From contig CAWDLW010000015.1 in the NCBI GenBank assembly GCA_963803145.1, positions 320,001 to 384,000 on the forward strand: a stretch of DNA of 64,000 nucleotides. The letters run 5' to 3'. The notes below the pieces were generated by a model, which was not told the DNA's origin, ran no database searches, and worked only from the letters and a program-made list of their open reading frames with translations. This DNA is from Methanotrichaceae archaeon (GTDB lineage Archaea > Halobacteriota > Methanosarcinia > Methanotrichales > Methanotrichaceae). Below, piece after piece: positions 1-10,145 of this stretch; positions within the stretch are counted from its first letter, which is position 1; each line of letters opens with the position of its first letter. The translations under genes were made by a program, and so were the position numbers.

Positions 1-244
1 TTCTAAGAACTGTAATGTCCTCTAGAGAGATCTCTGCAAGAACACTGAGCATTATTTCTTGCCCTAGTCCCATCTCTCTCAGCTCCCAGTGAGGCCAGAG
101 TTTGCCCACCAGCAGCCTAACACATGGATAGAGATCATCCTTTTCCAGATCTGCCAGAAATTTGCAGGTTATACCAGCTTTGTCTCCTCTGGCTGCGCGA
201 CCTATCTCCTCAAGGACGGATGCTAACCTTCCATAAAGAAGCAT
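1..244 (-). CDS. ATP-dependent DNA ligase-like protein, N-terminal part (runs off window)
   Basis: Manual translation from ATG at 244: MLLYGRLASVLEEIGRAARGDK...VRLLVGKLWPHWELREMGLG, resembling the archaeal ligase N-terminal DNA-binding domain. Confidence 0.6.
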   Translation of the reverse strand, partial: MLLYGRLASVLEEIGRAARGDKAGITCKFLADLEKDDLYPCVRLLVGKLWPHWELREMGLGQEIMLSVLAEISLEDITVLR

Positions 245-529
245 TTACCTCTCGATCCTTATCTTCTTAAGCTGAGTAGCATCTTCCACGATCTTCTCGA
301 CCATAGAATCGAGCTGATCCAGAAATGGCCTTGTGCGCTCTGTGGTCACAGCTCCGGGAGCAGATGCTGCAATAAGCCCCTCCTGCTCCAGCACCCTCAA
401 AGAGTAACGCACCTTATGGCTGGGAATCTTTGTGCCGTCTGCAAGCTTTAATATTCCTATCGGCTCGTTCTCAACGACATATTTCAGAACGATCAGATGC
501 CTGCGCAGCATCTCCAGCTCCCCGATCAC
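245..529 (-). CDS. Small winged-helix protein
   Basis: PIGILKLA...HKVRYSLRVLEQEGLI HTH-like pattern. Confidence 0.7.
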   Translation of the reverse strand: MIGELEMLRRHLIVLKYVVENEPIGILKLADGTKIPSHKVRYSLRVLEQEGLIAASAPGAVTTERTRPFLDQLDSMVEKIVEDATQLKKIRIER

Positions 530-648
530 CTTCTCTGCAAGAATAGTATCACATCCGGTTAAGGGCTAAACGAATAATAACCGGATGTTGTCTTTTATAA
601 CTCCATCGATTGACACGGTACATGCTAGCACGTGCCAAACATAGGCGA

Positions 649-2106
649 TCACTGAATGGGCACGCGCACCGCCCGATTCCTTATGCACCCAGGATCATCT
701 GCCAGCAAGCTGGAGTTATAGTAGTATGCTCTGGCTCTGCAGCCTCCGCAGAAGTTCCTGTAACCGCAATTTCTGCAGTGGCCCGTGAAATTATCTCTGT
801 CCCTGAGAAGGTTGAACTCACTGCTGTTATCCCAGATCTCCCTGAAGCGATTTTCTCTTATGCTTCCAACTGGAATAGGCATGAAGACGCACGGCACAAC
901 AATGCCATCAGGCTGGATCCCCGCGTAGATTCTGCCCGCACCACAGCCACCAACGAACTCAGCTAACGTTTTTGCGGCGCATGCACCTCCTGCATAAAAA
1001 TGAGCTGGCGATACCGGCCCACCTTCAACGAGCAGGCATACTCTCGCGTACTGCGGAGCGGTCGACAGTACCTCAATCTTCCTGTGCCTCATCTCGTGAT
1101 AAAGGGTTCTCATGAACTCTTCCCGCTCATCAGGCGTCAGATCCTTTTCCTCGATATCCTTTGCCCTTCCAGTTGGTATGAAGTTGAAAAAGATAACTCT
1201 CATGAGCCCCATGCTTTCCGCCAGGTCCAGAATATCCTCTATTTCATTAAGCGTATCTTTGCTCATGAAAGTGGCCATTCCATTTGCCATCCCCAACTTT
1301 ACAGAGTTCCCTAATGCAGTTATAGCATGCTCCCAGGCTCCAGGCAGGCCTCTGAAATGATCATGCATCTCAGACCTTGCAGAGTCTACTGAGACCTCCA
1401 CATATTGTAGCCCTAGATCCTTAGCCTCATTCAGCTTGTTGATATCTGCAAACGTCCATCCGTTCGTTGCAACAGACGTGAATATTCCTCGTGAAGCCAG
1501 CTCTTTAACGATCCTCTTGAAATGGGGATGGATTGTTGGCTCTCCGCCGCTCAATGCGACTGCAGCGACTCCTGCCTCATCGAGCTGGTTTACAAGATCA
1601 AGCTTCTCCACTAGACTAAGCTCATTGGGAAGCGCCCCTGATGCCTGCTGATAGCAGTGTTCGCACCTGAAGTTGCAGCTGTTTGTGAAGTTCCAGACAA
1701 TTAGAAAAGGAGACGGCAATCTTTGGGGCACTGTTATTCCATATCTCGCTATGCCCTCCAATACCACACAGATGCCCCGTCTGATATGAGGCTCTTTGAG
1801 CACCGCATCCTTAACTAGATCCTCATTGCCGTTGGCCAACATGACTCCAAGCTTCATGAGCATCTTCACAGCCTGGCTCTGGAACCAGAGCTCCGGAGGC
1901 ATATCGAGATCCTCACCTGCGTATGCTCCCAGAGCCCAATATAGGGCTGGAAAAGATTTGTTGTTAATTTCATAACGCTTCAATGCAGTGCTCAATATCG
2001 CCCTAGAGACTGGGTTTCCAAGGGTTCTCTTAAATGCCCATAATGCAGTAGTTATACCGTTATCACTTTCAGCCTTTGACGGCTTGTAGATTCTACCACC
2101 TTCCAA
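649..2106 (-). CDS. Radical SAM/SPASM domain protein with N-terminal extension
   Basis: CNFRCEHC motif, SGGEP, SPASM cysteines CGAG...PC...CRNC...CGGCRARA...DPGC. Confidence 0.92.
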   Translation of the reverse strand: MEGGRIYKPSKAESDNGITTALWAFKRTLGNPVSRAILSTALKRYEINNKSFPALYWALGAYAGEDLDMPPELWFQSQAVKMLMKLGVMLANGNEDLVKDAVLKEPHIRRGICVVLEGIARYGITVPQRLPSPFLIVWNFTNSCNFRCEHCYQQASGALPNELSLVEKLDLVNQLDEAGVAAVALSGGEPTIHPHFKRIVKELASRGIFTSVATNGWTFADINKLNEAKDLGLQYVEVSVDSARSEMHDHFRGLPGAWEHAITALGNSVKLGMANGMATFMSKDTLNEIEDILDLAESMGLMRVIFFNFIPTGRAKDIEEKDLTPDEREEFMRTLYHEMRHRKIEVLSTAPQYARVCLLVEGGPVSPAHFYAGGACAAKTLAEFVGGCGAGRIYAGIQPDGIVVPCVFMPIPVGSIRENRFREIWDNSSEFNLLRDRDNFTGHCRNCGYRNFCGGCRARAYYYNSSLLADDPGCIRNRAVRVPIQ

Positions 2107-2309
2107 TAAGATTTACTAAAGTATATTCCTTTAAAGTGTTTAAAATTTTTGATAAACTATATTTATTAGCGCAAGTATACCTAACGTTCCATCAACTCAA
2201 AAACAGGCTCATGCTATATGGCAATCAGTAGAGTAATCTTACTAAGAATATATCGAACGGTAAAGCAACCTAAAAAGGTCAGGATGGAGATTAAATATGC
2301 TAACTAACC

Positions 2310-3425
2310 CTAATAACGGCTTCTCCTTGGAAGGAAATCTATGCCGTGCTTTGATATGATTCGTTTGTTCGTATCCTTTCCGAGGATTTGGGGAGATGAA
2401 ACACCCGTCACGACCAGCATAGTCCTCAGGGTATTCTCCAGATTAGGGTCTATCTGAGCGCCCCAGATTATCCTTGCATCGGGGTTGATCCTCTGATAAA
2501 CCTCCTCTACGACTGTCTCTGCCTCAGTGACAGTCATATCTGGCCCGCCTACTACATTTACCAGAGCAGATGTTGCCCCTGAGACGTCTACATCAAGTAG
2601 AGGGCTCCTCAATGCCTTAGATACGGAGTCTTTAGCCTTCTCCTCTCCATCGGCCTCGCCCATACCTATCATGGCGACTCCGCCGTTCGTCATGACTGTG
2701 CGCACATCTGCGAAGTCAAGGTTGATCAATCCAGGCCGTGTTATGAGCTCAGCTATTCCCTTCACTGAGCGCATAAGTACATCATCTGCCACCTTGAAGG
2801 CCGCCTGTAGAGGTAGATTCGGAGCAACATCCAGCAGCTTATCATTCGGCACCACAATTACAGTATCTGCCACATCCCTGAGCCTTTTTAGCCCTGCCTC
2901 TGCATTAGCCATCCTAATCGTGCCTTCTGCGCTGAACGGCAAGGTAACTATGGCTATGGTCAGGGCTCCAGCTTCCTTTGCAGCCTCAGCGACAACGGGA
3001 GCAGCACCAGTGCCCGTTCCGCCGCCGAGGCCGCAGGTGACAAAGATCATATCTGCTCCAGCCACGGCAGCTTTGATCTCGTCTATGTTCTCCTGAGCGG
3101 CCTCTTCTCCAATTGCCGGTAGGGAGCCAGCTCCAAGGCCACGTGTTGTGCGTCTTCCTATCAAAAAGCGCCGATCAGCATTTACATGCAGGAGGTGCTG
3201 TGCATCTGTGTTGATTGCAAATAGCTCAGCACCCTGAATGCCGCAGGCTGCAAGCCGATCTATTGTATTGGAGCCGCCTCCTCCGCACCCTATGACCCTT
3301 ATTACAGTAGTCAGTGCTTCAAGGACCTCAACGAGCTCTTCATCGCTTTGGACCGTACTCGATTGCTTTATGCCCTCCGAATCGGGCCTGCCGAGCGCCT
3401 CATCGATGATGTATTTCATCTCCAT
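2310..3425 (-). CDS. ftsZ: Cell division protein FtsZ
   Basis: [15 protein letters not shown] tubulin signature, INLDFADV. Confidence 0.97.
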   Translation of the reverse strand: MEMKYIIDEALGRPDSEGIKQSSTVQSDEELVEVLEALTTVIRVIGCGGGGSNTIDRLAACGIQGAELFAINTDAQHLLHVNADRRFLIGRRTTRGLGAGSLPAIGEEAAQENIDEIKAAVAGADMIFVTCGLGGGTGTGAAPVVAEAAKEAGALTIAIVTLPFSAEGTIRMANAEAGLKRLRDVADTVIVVPNDKLLDVAPNLPLQAAFKVADDVLMRSVKGIAELITRPGLINLDFADVRTVMTNGGVAMIGMGEADGEEKAKDSVSKALRSPLLDVDVSGATSALVNVVGGPDMTVTEAETVVEEVYQRINPDARIIWGAQIDPNLENTLRTMLVVTGVSSPQILGKDTNKRIISKHGIDFLPRRSRY

Positions 3426-3683
3426 CCCCTGACTTTTTATGGCTGATTCGATTTTATTAGTATATAGATTTTTTCATAGTTGGATGTGCATATTTAGTAG
3501 AATATTAAATAAGCTACATAAGTAATTGATGGATGAAGCTTAGACAAAAAGCGCCGATCAACCTCGGATAACACAGTTAGCACATTGTTAATATTATTAT
3601 CCAATGAGTTCATCCATCACGATTGATACGACGCATCTAAAGAAACAACGCCTCTAATGAGGCAGAATTTTATCCAAATATAC

Positions 3684-4067
3684 CTAAGACTTTAGCGCCC
3701 TGAGCTTTTCTATCTGCCTCAGGATTATCTCAGATTCCTTAGCCTTCTCCCCCTCCAAATAAGAGATTATCTCGGGCAAGCTTTTGTTCAGCCTGTAAAT
3801 TCTATATGGCCTTCCCTTTCCGGGGTTCTTCTCATCCCTCTCAGAGATCCAGTCCAACTTTCGAATCTCTCTCATGGCTATGCTAACTTCAGGCTGCCTG
3901 AGATCTGAGCCCATCTCGATCTCACGAGATGTAGCCTCATCCACCCCTGCAAGATACGTGAGAACCCTAGCCACGTTTCTTTTGAGTCCCACCTTCATCA
4001 GTATTGATGCAAACTCGTCGCGCTCGATTTTGAAGCCTTGCGCTGCTATCCTGTCCACAGCGGTCAC
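3684..4067 (-). CDS. Winged-helix transcriptional regulator (methanogen ArsR-like)
   Basis: SREIE...LRQPEVSIAM...GKGRP HTH/wing pattern. Confidence 0.8.
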   Translation of the reverse strand: MTAVDRIAAQGFKIERDEFASILMKVGLKRNVARVLTYLAGVDEATSREIEMGSDLRQPEVSIAMREIRKLDWISERDEKNPGKGRPYRIYRLNKSLPEIISYLEGEKAKESEIILRQIEKLRALKS

Positions 4068-4219
4068 CAGGCTGGATAACGCTCGGTTACATATATATAA
4101 GTTTCGTCAAAAATAATTGCCTTACGCCTGAAATTCGTAGAGTCTTCCAAATTATTTTTAATTATTGATGTGCAAGTAGCGGCCCGACAAGCTCATCTGG
4201 TGAGAGTCTATCTGTTCCA

Positions 4220-4924
4220 TTGATGAAGATGATATATTTAGAGGATAGCTATCAGAGGGGCTTTGATGCAACTGTACAGTTCGTATCCGGCGATCGTATA
4301 AACCTGGATCAGACTGCCTTTTATCCACAATCAGGAGGTCAGCCATCGGATCTAGGACGGCTGTATAGAGGAGGAGATGTATTCGATATCCTTCATGTCG
4401 AGCCATCGGATGGTCAGGTTGTACATAATTTAAATAAGGAGGGCCTGAGGCCAGGCGACCAAGTCCATGGGGAGATCAACTGGGAAAGACGCTATAAGTT
4501 CATGCGCGGCCACACTGCATGCCATATCCTGAGTGCTGTGATCTTACGCGAAACAAACGCGAAGATAACCGGCAACCAGATAGATTTGGAGCACTCGCGC
4601 GTTGACTTCAGCATGGAAAGCTTCGATAAAGCAAAGATGAACGAATATGTGCAGATGGCCAATCAGATAATAAAAGAGAATAGGCCCGTCAAAACAAGAA
4701 TACAGCCCAAGGCAAATGCAATGGCTATACCGAACCTCATGCGCCTTGCAATGGAGGTGCCCGATAGAGATGAGATAAGGATTGTGGAGATAGAGAATAT
4801 CGATATTCAGGCGTGCGGAGGGACTCATGTGAAAAGCACTGGAGAAATAAAAGAAATAAAGATGATAAAGTCGGAGAACAAGGGGAAATCCAATAGACGG
4901 ATTTACTTCTCGCTGGAGGACTAG
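4220..4924 (+). CDS. alaXM: Alanyl-tRNA editing protein AlaX-M
   Basis: FYPQSGGQPSD, HTACH and CGGTH zinc-ligand motifs. Confidence 0.93.
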   Translation: MMKMIYLEDSYQRGFDATVQFVSGDRINLDQTAFYPQSGGQPSDLGRLYRGGDVFDILHVEPSDGQVVHNLNKEGLRPGDQVHGEINWERRYKFMRGHTACHILSAVILRETNAKITGNQIDLEHSRVDFSMESFDKAKMNEYVQMANQIIKENRPVKTRIQPKANAMAIPNLMRLAMEVPDRDEIRIVEIENIDIQACGGTHVKSTGEIKEIKMIKSENKGKSNRRIYFSLED

Positions 4925-4928
4925 AGTC

Positions 4929-5774
4929 ATGCATATAATGGAGCTTCTTGGCAAAACAAAGGTGAAAGTAAAGGATGGATGTATCGCTGAAACCGGTGTG
5001 CCGTTGATAAAATGGTGCCCTCTTTTCGATAAGGTTAGAGGTATAAAGGAGGTCACACCTGAAGCTGCTGCCGGCAATATGAAGTTCAGAATGGACAGGT
5101 ATGGCATGTTCTCCTCTAGAAGGAAGCTCAAGATGGAGGTCTTTGTCGGCTTTGGCGCATCAGAATCAATGATGACAGGCGTAACCCGGGAAATCATAGA
5201 TGCTGCAGTCACGGTCTGCGATGGCGCAGGCACTGTAATAACCGATAACCCCCAGCTTATTCAAGGCATGGGAGGCTATATCTCCGGTCTCACGGAAACA
5301 GAGCCAATACCAGAGGTCATAGCAGGTATCGAGGAGATGGGAGGGCACGTTCTTTCTCCTAATGACGCGTTGATTGACCAGATCGAGGGCGCGAGGTGGG
5401 CAGCATCTAATGGTTTCTCCAAGTTCGCAGTCACTGTGGCTGATGCTGACACTGCAGAGGAGCTTCGCAGGCTCGAGAAGGCCGCATATGTGAGAATAAT
5501 GATAATAGGAGTGCATTTGACTGGCATAAGCCGGGAAGACGCTACTAGGCTTCTAGCCGCTGCCGATATAGTCACTGGCTGTGCATCGCTCCATATTCGA
5601 GAGCTTGCAAAGCCATTAGTTCAGGTCGGGACGGCTGTGCCGTTATTCGGCATGACAAAATGGGGCAAGGAGCTTTTGATTGAGAGGGCAAAGGATGTTG
5701 AGCAGCCACTGCTGATAAATACAATGCCTCTGCCGGTCCTGCCTGAGCACAAACAGCCTAGGCCTCTGGTTTAA
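4929..5774 (+). CDS. Methanogenesis marker protein 8 (DUF2099)
   Basis: HIMELLG start, WCPLF, FVGFGASE, VCDGAGTVI, QGMGG, GVHLTG. Confidence 0.85.
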   Translation: MHIMELLGKTKVKVKDGCIAETGVPLIKWCPLFDKVRGIKEVTPEAAAGNMKFRMDRYGMFSSRRKLKMEVFVGFGASESMMTGVTREIIDAAVTVCDGAGTVITDNPQLIQGMGGYISGLTETEPIPEVIAGIEEMGGHVLSPNDALIDQIEGARWAASNGFSKFAVTVADADTAEELRRLEKAAYVRIMIIGVHLTGISREDATRLLAAADIVTGCASLHIRELAKPLVQVGTAVPLFGMTKWGKELLIERAKDVEQPLLINTMPLPVLPEHKQPRPLV

Positions 5775-5798
5775 AATTTATAAATTTATAAATTTATA
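5773..5798. repeat. AT-only 9-bp tandem repeat (aaatttata) x3 between convergent genes; possible terminator
   Basis: taaaatttataaatttataaatttata seen directly. Confidence 0.5.
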
Positions 5799-5802
5799 TG
5801 CC

Positions 5803-6423
5803 TCACGGGCATGGCAATGTCAGAACCGAGGCATTTCCTGCCTCAATAGTCATCCACATGTTTGTATTTCCCACATAGGTTCCGCCCATGATATATGCAG
5901 GATTAGTGCTTCCGCTCTTTTGTACTCTCGCACCTATCTTGGCAGTTCCCTGAATCTCTGAATGAATGTCATAGACCGATACCTGATCGGTTTGAATGGC
6001 ACTCGTATCCTTGACAAGATCCCTTATATCAGTATAGCTTTCTGAGTAAACGGATCCGACTGCATAATTCTTGGCACAGAGGGCATTCCGCAGGTCACTC
6101 TGAGTCAAAGGAGGAGTATAAGCCTGATTTTGATTCTGATAGGATCCCCACTCGTTAAAGGAGAGCTCATCATTGCCATAGCCGCCATAGACCCCAGCGC
6201 TTATAGTCCTTGAGACGGTCCCGCTGCCTTGGGTGCCCGAAACAAGCTTCTGTCCAGCGAATCCTGGTTCAGTCTGATAGATCCTCTCATCATTCATATA
6301 GCCCTGGTTATAGATCCATGAGTGCTCAGTGATATTCTGAGGAGCTGACACTAGAGCTGTCGAGGATGCTATCGTAAAAGCATAAATGGCAAACGTAAGC
6401 AATAATATGAGCAACCATCTCAT
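5803..6423 (-). CDS. Secreted hypothetical protein
   Basis: N-terminal signal peptide MRWLLILLLTFAIYAF; 206-aa ORF. Confidence 0.7.
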   Translation of the reverse strand: MRWLLILLLTFAIYAFTIASSTALVSAPQNITEHSWIYNQGYMNDERIYQTEPGFAGQKLVSGTQGSGTVSRTISAGVYGGYGNDELSFNEWGSYQNQNQAYTPPLTQSDLRNALCAKNYAVGSVYSESYTDIRDLVKDTSAIQTDQVSVYDIHSEIQGTAKIGARVQKSGSTNPAYIMGGTYVGNTNMWMTIEAGNASVLTLPCP

Positions 6424-6490
6424 GTAGACACCTCTTCCACCCTCAAGGTTTACTTAAAAACGCGATCAGATATAAATTTGATCCTCAGCA

Positions 6491-7345
6491 TTAGGGCTTT
6501 GCCAGTTTCGTTCTTCCTATTTTTCTTATCTCCGCTAGACGCCTATCCAGAGATTCCTTCAGTTCAGTCGAAGGGCCTGCCCCATAGAAGTCAAGCCTGG
6601 CAGCTATCGCAAGCTTCCCTGCCAAAGTGCGCGCTATCCTGCCACGAAGCCTTTTTGGCCCACCAGATATGGAAGGATGTCTAAAGATCAACCCGTGTTT
6701 GGGCGACGGCGCATTTCCCTTTAAATGCTTGAATAGCGACTTTTCTGCTCCCATCACCTGAATGGCACTGGATGGCATCTCTGAAAGACGTTTGAGACTA
6801 CCAGACCTCGAGATTAGCCTTGCGGCCAGAATAGGACCTGCCAGGTTCGAGAGGTTAGGGGCTATATGGGCGGCTGTCTTGGCCACCTCATTCTCGAGAC
6901 CCAATCGAGATTCTCTCAGGCTAAGAATTGCATGTGCCATATCGCCCATGGTTTTATCGTCCTTCAGAGCCTCTGCCAAGTCCTTTCCATGCACGATCTC
7001 ATCTCTATGCAGCCGCGACCATTCGTAGAGCCTCTCGTCCAGTAGATTTACGGACTGGTTCAGATCATCAAGTGCCTCTACCGCCTGAAGAAGATCCTGC
7101 TCAGCTGTTGTAAGTTCCTTCAGCTGCCTGCGAGCGAGGTTTATGGCAAACTCTCTTAAACGCCTGTTATATTCCATATCGCAGCTGGCAAAGCCGCATG
7201 CCTTAGCAAGAGCGCGCAGATCAGGCTGGACTGTTGGGCAGGATAAATGCCCCAAGAGAAAATCCGCTGCATCATCATCGCTTCTGGAGGGTATAAATGA
7301 ACTTGTATCAACATCCAGCTTGCCGAACCACGCCAATATTTCCAT
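6491..7345 (-). CDS. nop5: C/D box sRNP protein Nop5
   Basis: ERLYEW, APNLS, PSSAIQVMGAEKSLF, PKHGLIF, AARLD. Confidence 0.93.
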   Translation of the reverse strand: MEILAWFGKLDVDTSSFIPSRSDDDAADFLLGHLSCPTVQPDLRALAKACGFASCDMEYNRRLREFAINLARRQLKELTTAEQDLLQAVEALDDLNQSVNLLDERLYEWSRLHRDEIVHGKDLAEALKDDKTMGDMAHAILSLRESRLGLENEVAKTAAHIAPNLSNLAGPILAARLISRSGSLKRLSEMPSSAIQVMGAEKSLFKHLKGNAPSPKHGLIFRHPSISGGPKRLRGRIARTLAGKLAIAARLDFYGAGPSTELKESLDRRLAEIRKIGRTKLAKP

Positions 7346-7459
7346 TTAACCTCCACTTTGCATTGTTAGATAGATCACTTTCGCCCTGCACAGGTACCTC
7401 TTATATATAACACGATTCTTAGTTATGATCACCTCTTAGAAAATACAGGGGCAGATGGT

Positions 7460-8995
7460 ATGAAGGAACTAATAGATCAAATATCAGCTCGTCTCAGGGA
7501 TCAGAAGATCGAAGTCCCTGATGATGAGATCGAGGCTCGCCTAAGGAAGCTAATAGAAGAGTTCAGCGTTCCAGAGAGCGAGGCAAGACGTTCTGTTCTG
7601 AACTACTTCTTCAAGGAGCACGGTATAAAGCCCACTGCAGTGACGAACTCAGAGAAGATCAAGATCTCGGATATCAAAGAGCCTGGGAAATGGGTCGATC
7701 TGAAGATCAAGGTTCTTCAGCTATGGGAACCCACAAATGATACCATTTCTCAGACGGGTTTGGTCGGCGATGATACCGGCAAAATAAAGTTCGTAAAATG
7801 GACCAGGGACAATTTGCCAAATATGGTGGAAGGCAAAAGCTATCTGTTGAAGAAAGCGGTCACAGACGAGTTTCAGGGACGGTTCGGAATCAGACTAAAC
7901 CGTGTGAGCAGGATAGAAGAGCTGGATTGCGATGTTCAAGCGGTTCAAAGCAGTCCGACCGAGGAGCTCAAAATTGGGGATATCAAAGAAAAAGGCCGCT
8001 GGATGGACTTAAGGGTTAAAGTTCTTCAGCTCTGGGAACCAACAAGCGAGACCATCTCTCAAACAGGTTTAATCGGTGATGAGACAGGGAGAATCAAGTT
8101 CACCAAATGGGCAAAAGACAATTTGCCAAATATGGTGGAAGGCAAAAGCTACCTGTTGAAGAATGTAGTCGCCAGCGAGTTTCAAGAGAAGCTCAGTGTA
8201 AATCTGAATCGCACAAGCAAGATAGAAGAGCTTGGCGTGGAAGTTCCTGCAGCTCAACGTGAGCCGAATGCCAACTTAAAGATCGTTGAAATAGATCAGC
8301 CCAACCGCTGGATTGACATCAGGGCAAAGGTCGTCACTCTCTGGACATCGAATAGCGATGCCATTTCCCAGGCAGGTTTGATAGGAGATGAGACAGGGTC
8401 CATAAAGTTTGTCAAGTGGGCCAAGGCCGACCTGCCCGAACTTGTTGAAGGCAAGAGCTACATCATCAAAAATGCAATCACCGACGAATACCAGGGAAGG
8501 TTCAGCCTGAAGCTCGGCAGTGCCAGCAAGATCGATGAGTTAGATGAGGATATCGAGGTCGGCACTCAGGCCGCAGAGTTCGCAGGTGCAATCGTTGAAA
8601 TCCAGAACGGCTCAGGCCTTATAAAGCGCTGCCCGATATGCAAGAGATCTCTATCCAAGGGCATGTGCGGCGAGCACGGAAAGGTAGAGGGTGTATATGA
8701 TCTGAGGATTAAGGCTGCAATAGACGACGGCCGCAGGTCACAGGACATACTGATCAACCGTGAGACTACTGAGCGGCTGGTAGGCATAACCTTGGAAGAT
8801 GCCAAGAAGATGGCCATGGAGGCCCTCGATCACGAGGTGGTTAAGAGCCTGATAGATGGCAAGCTTGTGGGGAGGTATTATACAATCAGCGGACCCAGAG
8901 TGGACCGCTATATCCTTGTGGAGGTCATAAACGAGGCAACACCTGTGACATCCAAGGATGTTGATGAGCAGATAAGCCTTGTCGAGGTGGATTAA
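7460..8995 (+). CDS. rpa: Replication protein A with three tandem OB folds and a Zn finger
   Basis: Three repeats of W.DL..KV..LW...QTGL.GDETG.IKF..W; CPIC...CGEH zinc finger. Confidence 0.9.
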   Translation: MKELIDQISARLRDQKIEVPDDEIEARLRKLIEEFSVPESEARRSVLNYFFKEHGIKPTAVTNSEKIKISDIKEPGKWVDLKIKVLQLWEPTNDTISQTGLVGDDTGKIKFVKWTRDNLPNMVEGKSYLLKKAVTDEFQGRFGIRLNRVSRIEELDCDVQAVQSSPTEELKIGDIKEKGRWMDLRVKVLQLWEPTSETISQTGLIGDETGRIKFTKWAKDNLPNMVEGKSYLLKNVVASEFQEKLSVNLNRTSKIEELGVEVPAAQREPNANLKIVEIDQPNRWIDIRAKVVTLWTSNSDAISQAGLIGDETGSIKFVKWAKADLPELVEGKSYIIKNAITDEYQGRFSLKLGSASKIDELDEDIEVGTQAAEFAGAIVEIQNGSGLIKRCPICKRSLSKGMCGEHGKVEGVYDLRIKAAIDDGRRSQDILINRETTERLVGITLEDAKKMAMEALDHEVVKSLIDGKLVGRYYTISGPRVDRYILVEVINEATPVTSKDVDEQISLVEVD

Positions 8996-8996
8996 A

Positions 8997-9851
8997 ATGG
9001 CAGGTTTCTCCAGAGAGGTGGCCAGAAGGGTCTTCGCCGAAGAGCTGCTGAACTCAAGTTTGGCCTTCAGGGATAGCGATGATCAGTATGCACCTCAGTA
9101 CCTGCTTACGCCCACAGGTGCACGGTGCAACCGTATCTTCCTGGTAGGTACATTGATTGAAAGGGACGACATCGGCGGAGATACAGAGTACTGGCGAGGC
9201 AGGATTGTTGATCCAACAGGAAGTGTTCGAATTTATGCAGGCCAGTACGACCCCGAGGCTTGCCAGATGCTGGCAAATATTGAGCCGCCAGCCTTTGTAG
9301 CGGTTGTAGGCAAGCCGAAGCTGTACCAGCCTGAGGATGGAGGCACTGTAGTCAATATCCGGGCGGAATCAATCCAGAAGGTGGATGAGTCCACAAGAAA
9401 CCAGTGGATACTGGATACAGCCGTGAGAACTCATGAGCGGTTAAAGGCTCTTAAGAATGTAGTTCCTACATCCCTGGATTTCTCGACCGCCGATAAGACA
9501 CCAGTTATCTCGTCAACTACGGACGCTGAAAGGGCACTTCAGCATTACAGCACTGATGCAGAGAAATATAGACAGATGGTAATTCGCGCGCTGAACTCAT
9601 TAAGGGCGGATCTGACCAAAAATAAGGGCACGGCTCCTATCATGCCGGGATTTGCCAAGAGAGATGCTAAACCGGAGGTCAAGCAGGAGACCGCAAAGCC
9701 GGCAGAGAAAGAAATGTTGAAGCCCAAACAAGAGATCAAATCCGATAAATCTGATATCCCAAAGAAATCCAAGCAAAAGGCCAAGGGAACCCTTACAGAT
9801 TGGCCTGAGTCTGATGAGGTAGAGACTATAGACTTCGGCAAGAAGAGCTGA
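8997..9851 (+). CDS. RPA-associated OB-fold protein (RPA2-like)
   Basis: REVARRVFAEE, TPTGARCNR, DPTG..YAGQY; directly follows rpa. Confidence 0.85.
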   Translation: MAGFSREVARRVFAEELLNSSLAFRDSDDQYAPQYLLTPTGARCNRIFLVGTLIERDDIGGDTEYWRGRIVDPTGSVRIYAGQYDPEACQMLANIEPPAFVAVVGKPKLYQPEDGGTVVNIRAESIQKVDESTRNQWILDTAVRTHERLKALKNVVPTSLDFSTADKTPVISSTTDAERALQHYSTDAEKYRQMVIRALNSLRADLTKNKGTAPIMPGFAKRDAKPEVKQETAKPAEKEMLKPKQEIKSDKSDIPKKSKQKAKGTLTDWPESDEVETIDFGKKS

Positions 9852-9885
9852 AAAGTCTTATATAATGTGCTGAGGCACTATACAA

Positions 9886-10128
9886 ATGGTGAATAAAATG
9901 GTGATTGGAGTAACGATGGTGAAGGTGGTGCCGGGGCAGGAGAAATCAGTTTACAATGCGCTTCAAGAGATCGATGGCATCAAGGATGTCTATCATGTAT
10001 TCGGCGAGTTCGATTTCGTTGTCATCATTGAGGTCGAAGGCCTCAGCATGCTCAACAAGCTCGTGGATGTCATCAGAGAGATAGACAACGTCACCGCAAC
10101 CCAAACCGTGGTCGGGGCCGAGCTCTAG
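9886..10128 (+). CDS. Stand-alone Lrp/AsnC ligand-binding (RAM) domain protein
   Basis: V.PG.E..V...L..I.GI..VY.VFGEFD pattern. Confidence 0.85.
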   Translation: MVNKMVIGVTMVKVVPGQEKSVYNALQEIDGIKDVYHVFGEFDFVVIIEVEGLSMLNKLVDVIREIDNVTATQTVVGAEL

Positions 10129-10145
10129 GCCCCATTAACCTTTTT

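Noticed and set aside
649-2106. This rSAM/SPASM as the RiPP maturase
   Set aside because: It lies about 40 kb away in a housekeeping context with host-like composition and no adjacent precursor or RRE.
3162-3560. 16-bp exact repeat caaaaagcgccgatca inside ftsZ and upstream of it
   Set aside because: A single short match with no supporting structure; it could be chance.
6491-7345. nop5 without adjacent fibrillarin
   Set aside because: Splitting of this gene pair is unremarkable, and fibrillarin may lie elsewhere in the genome.
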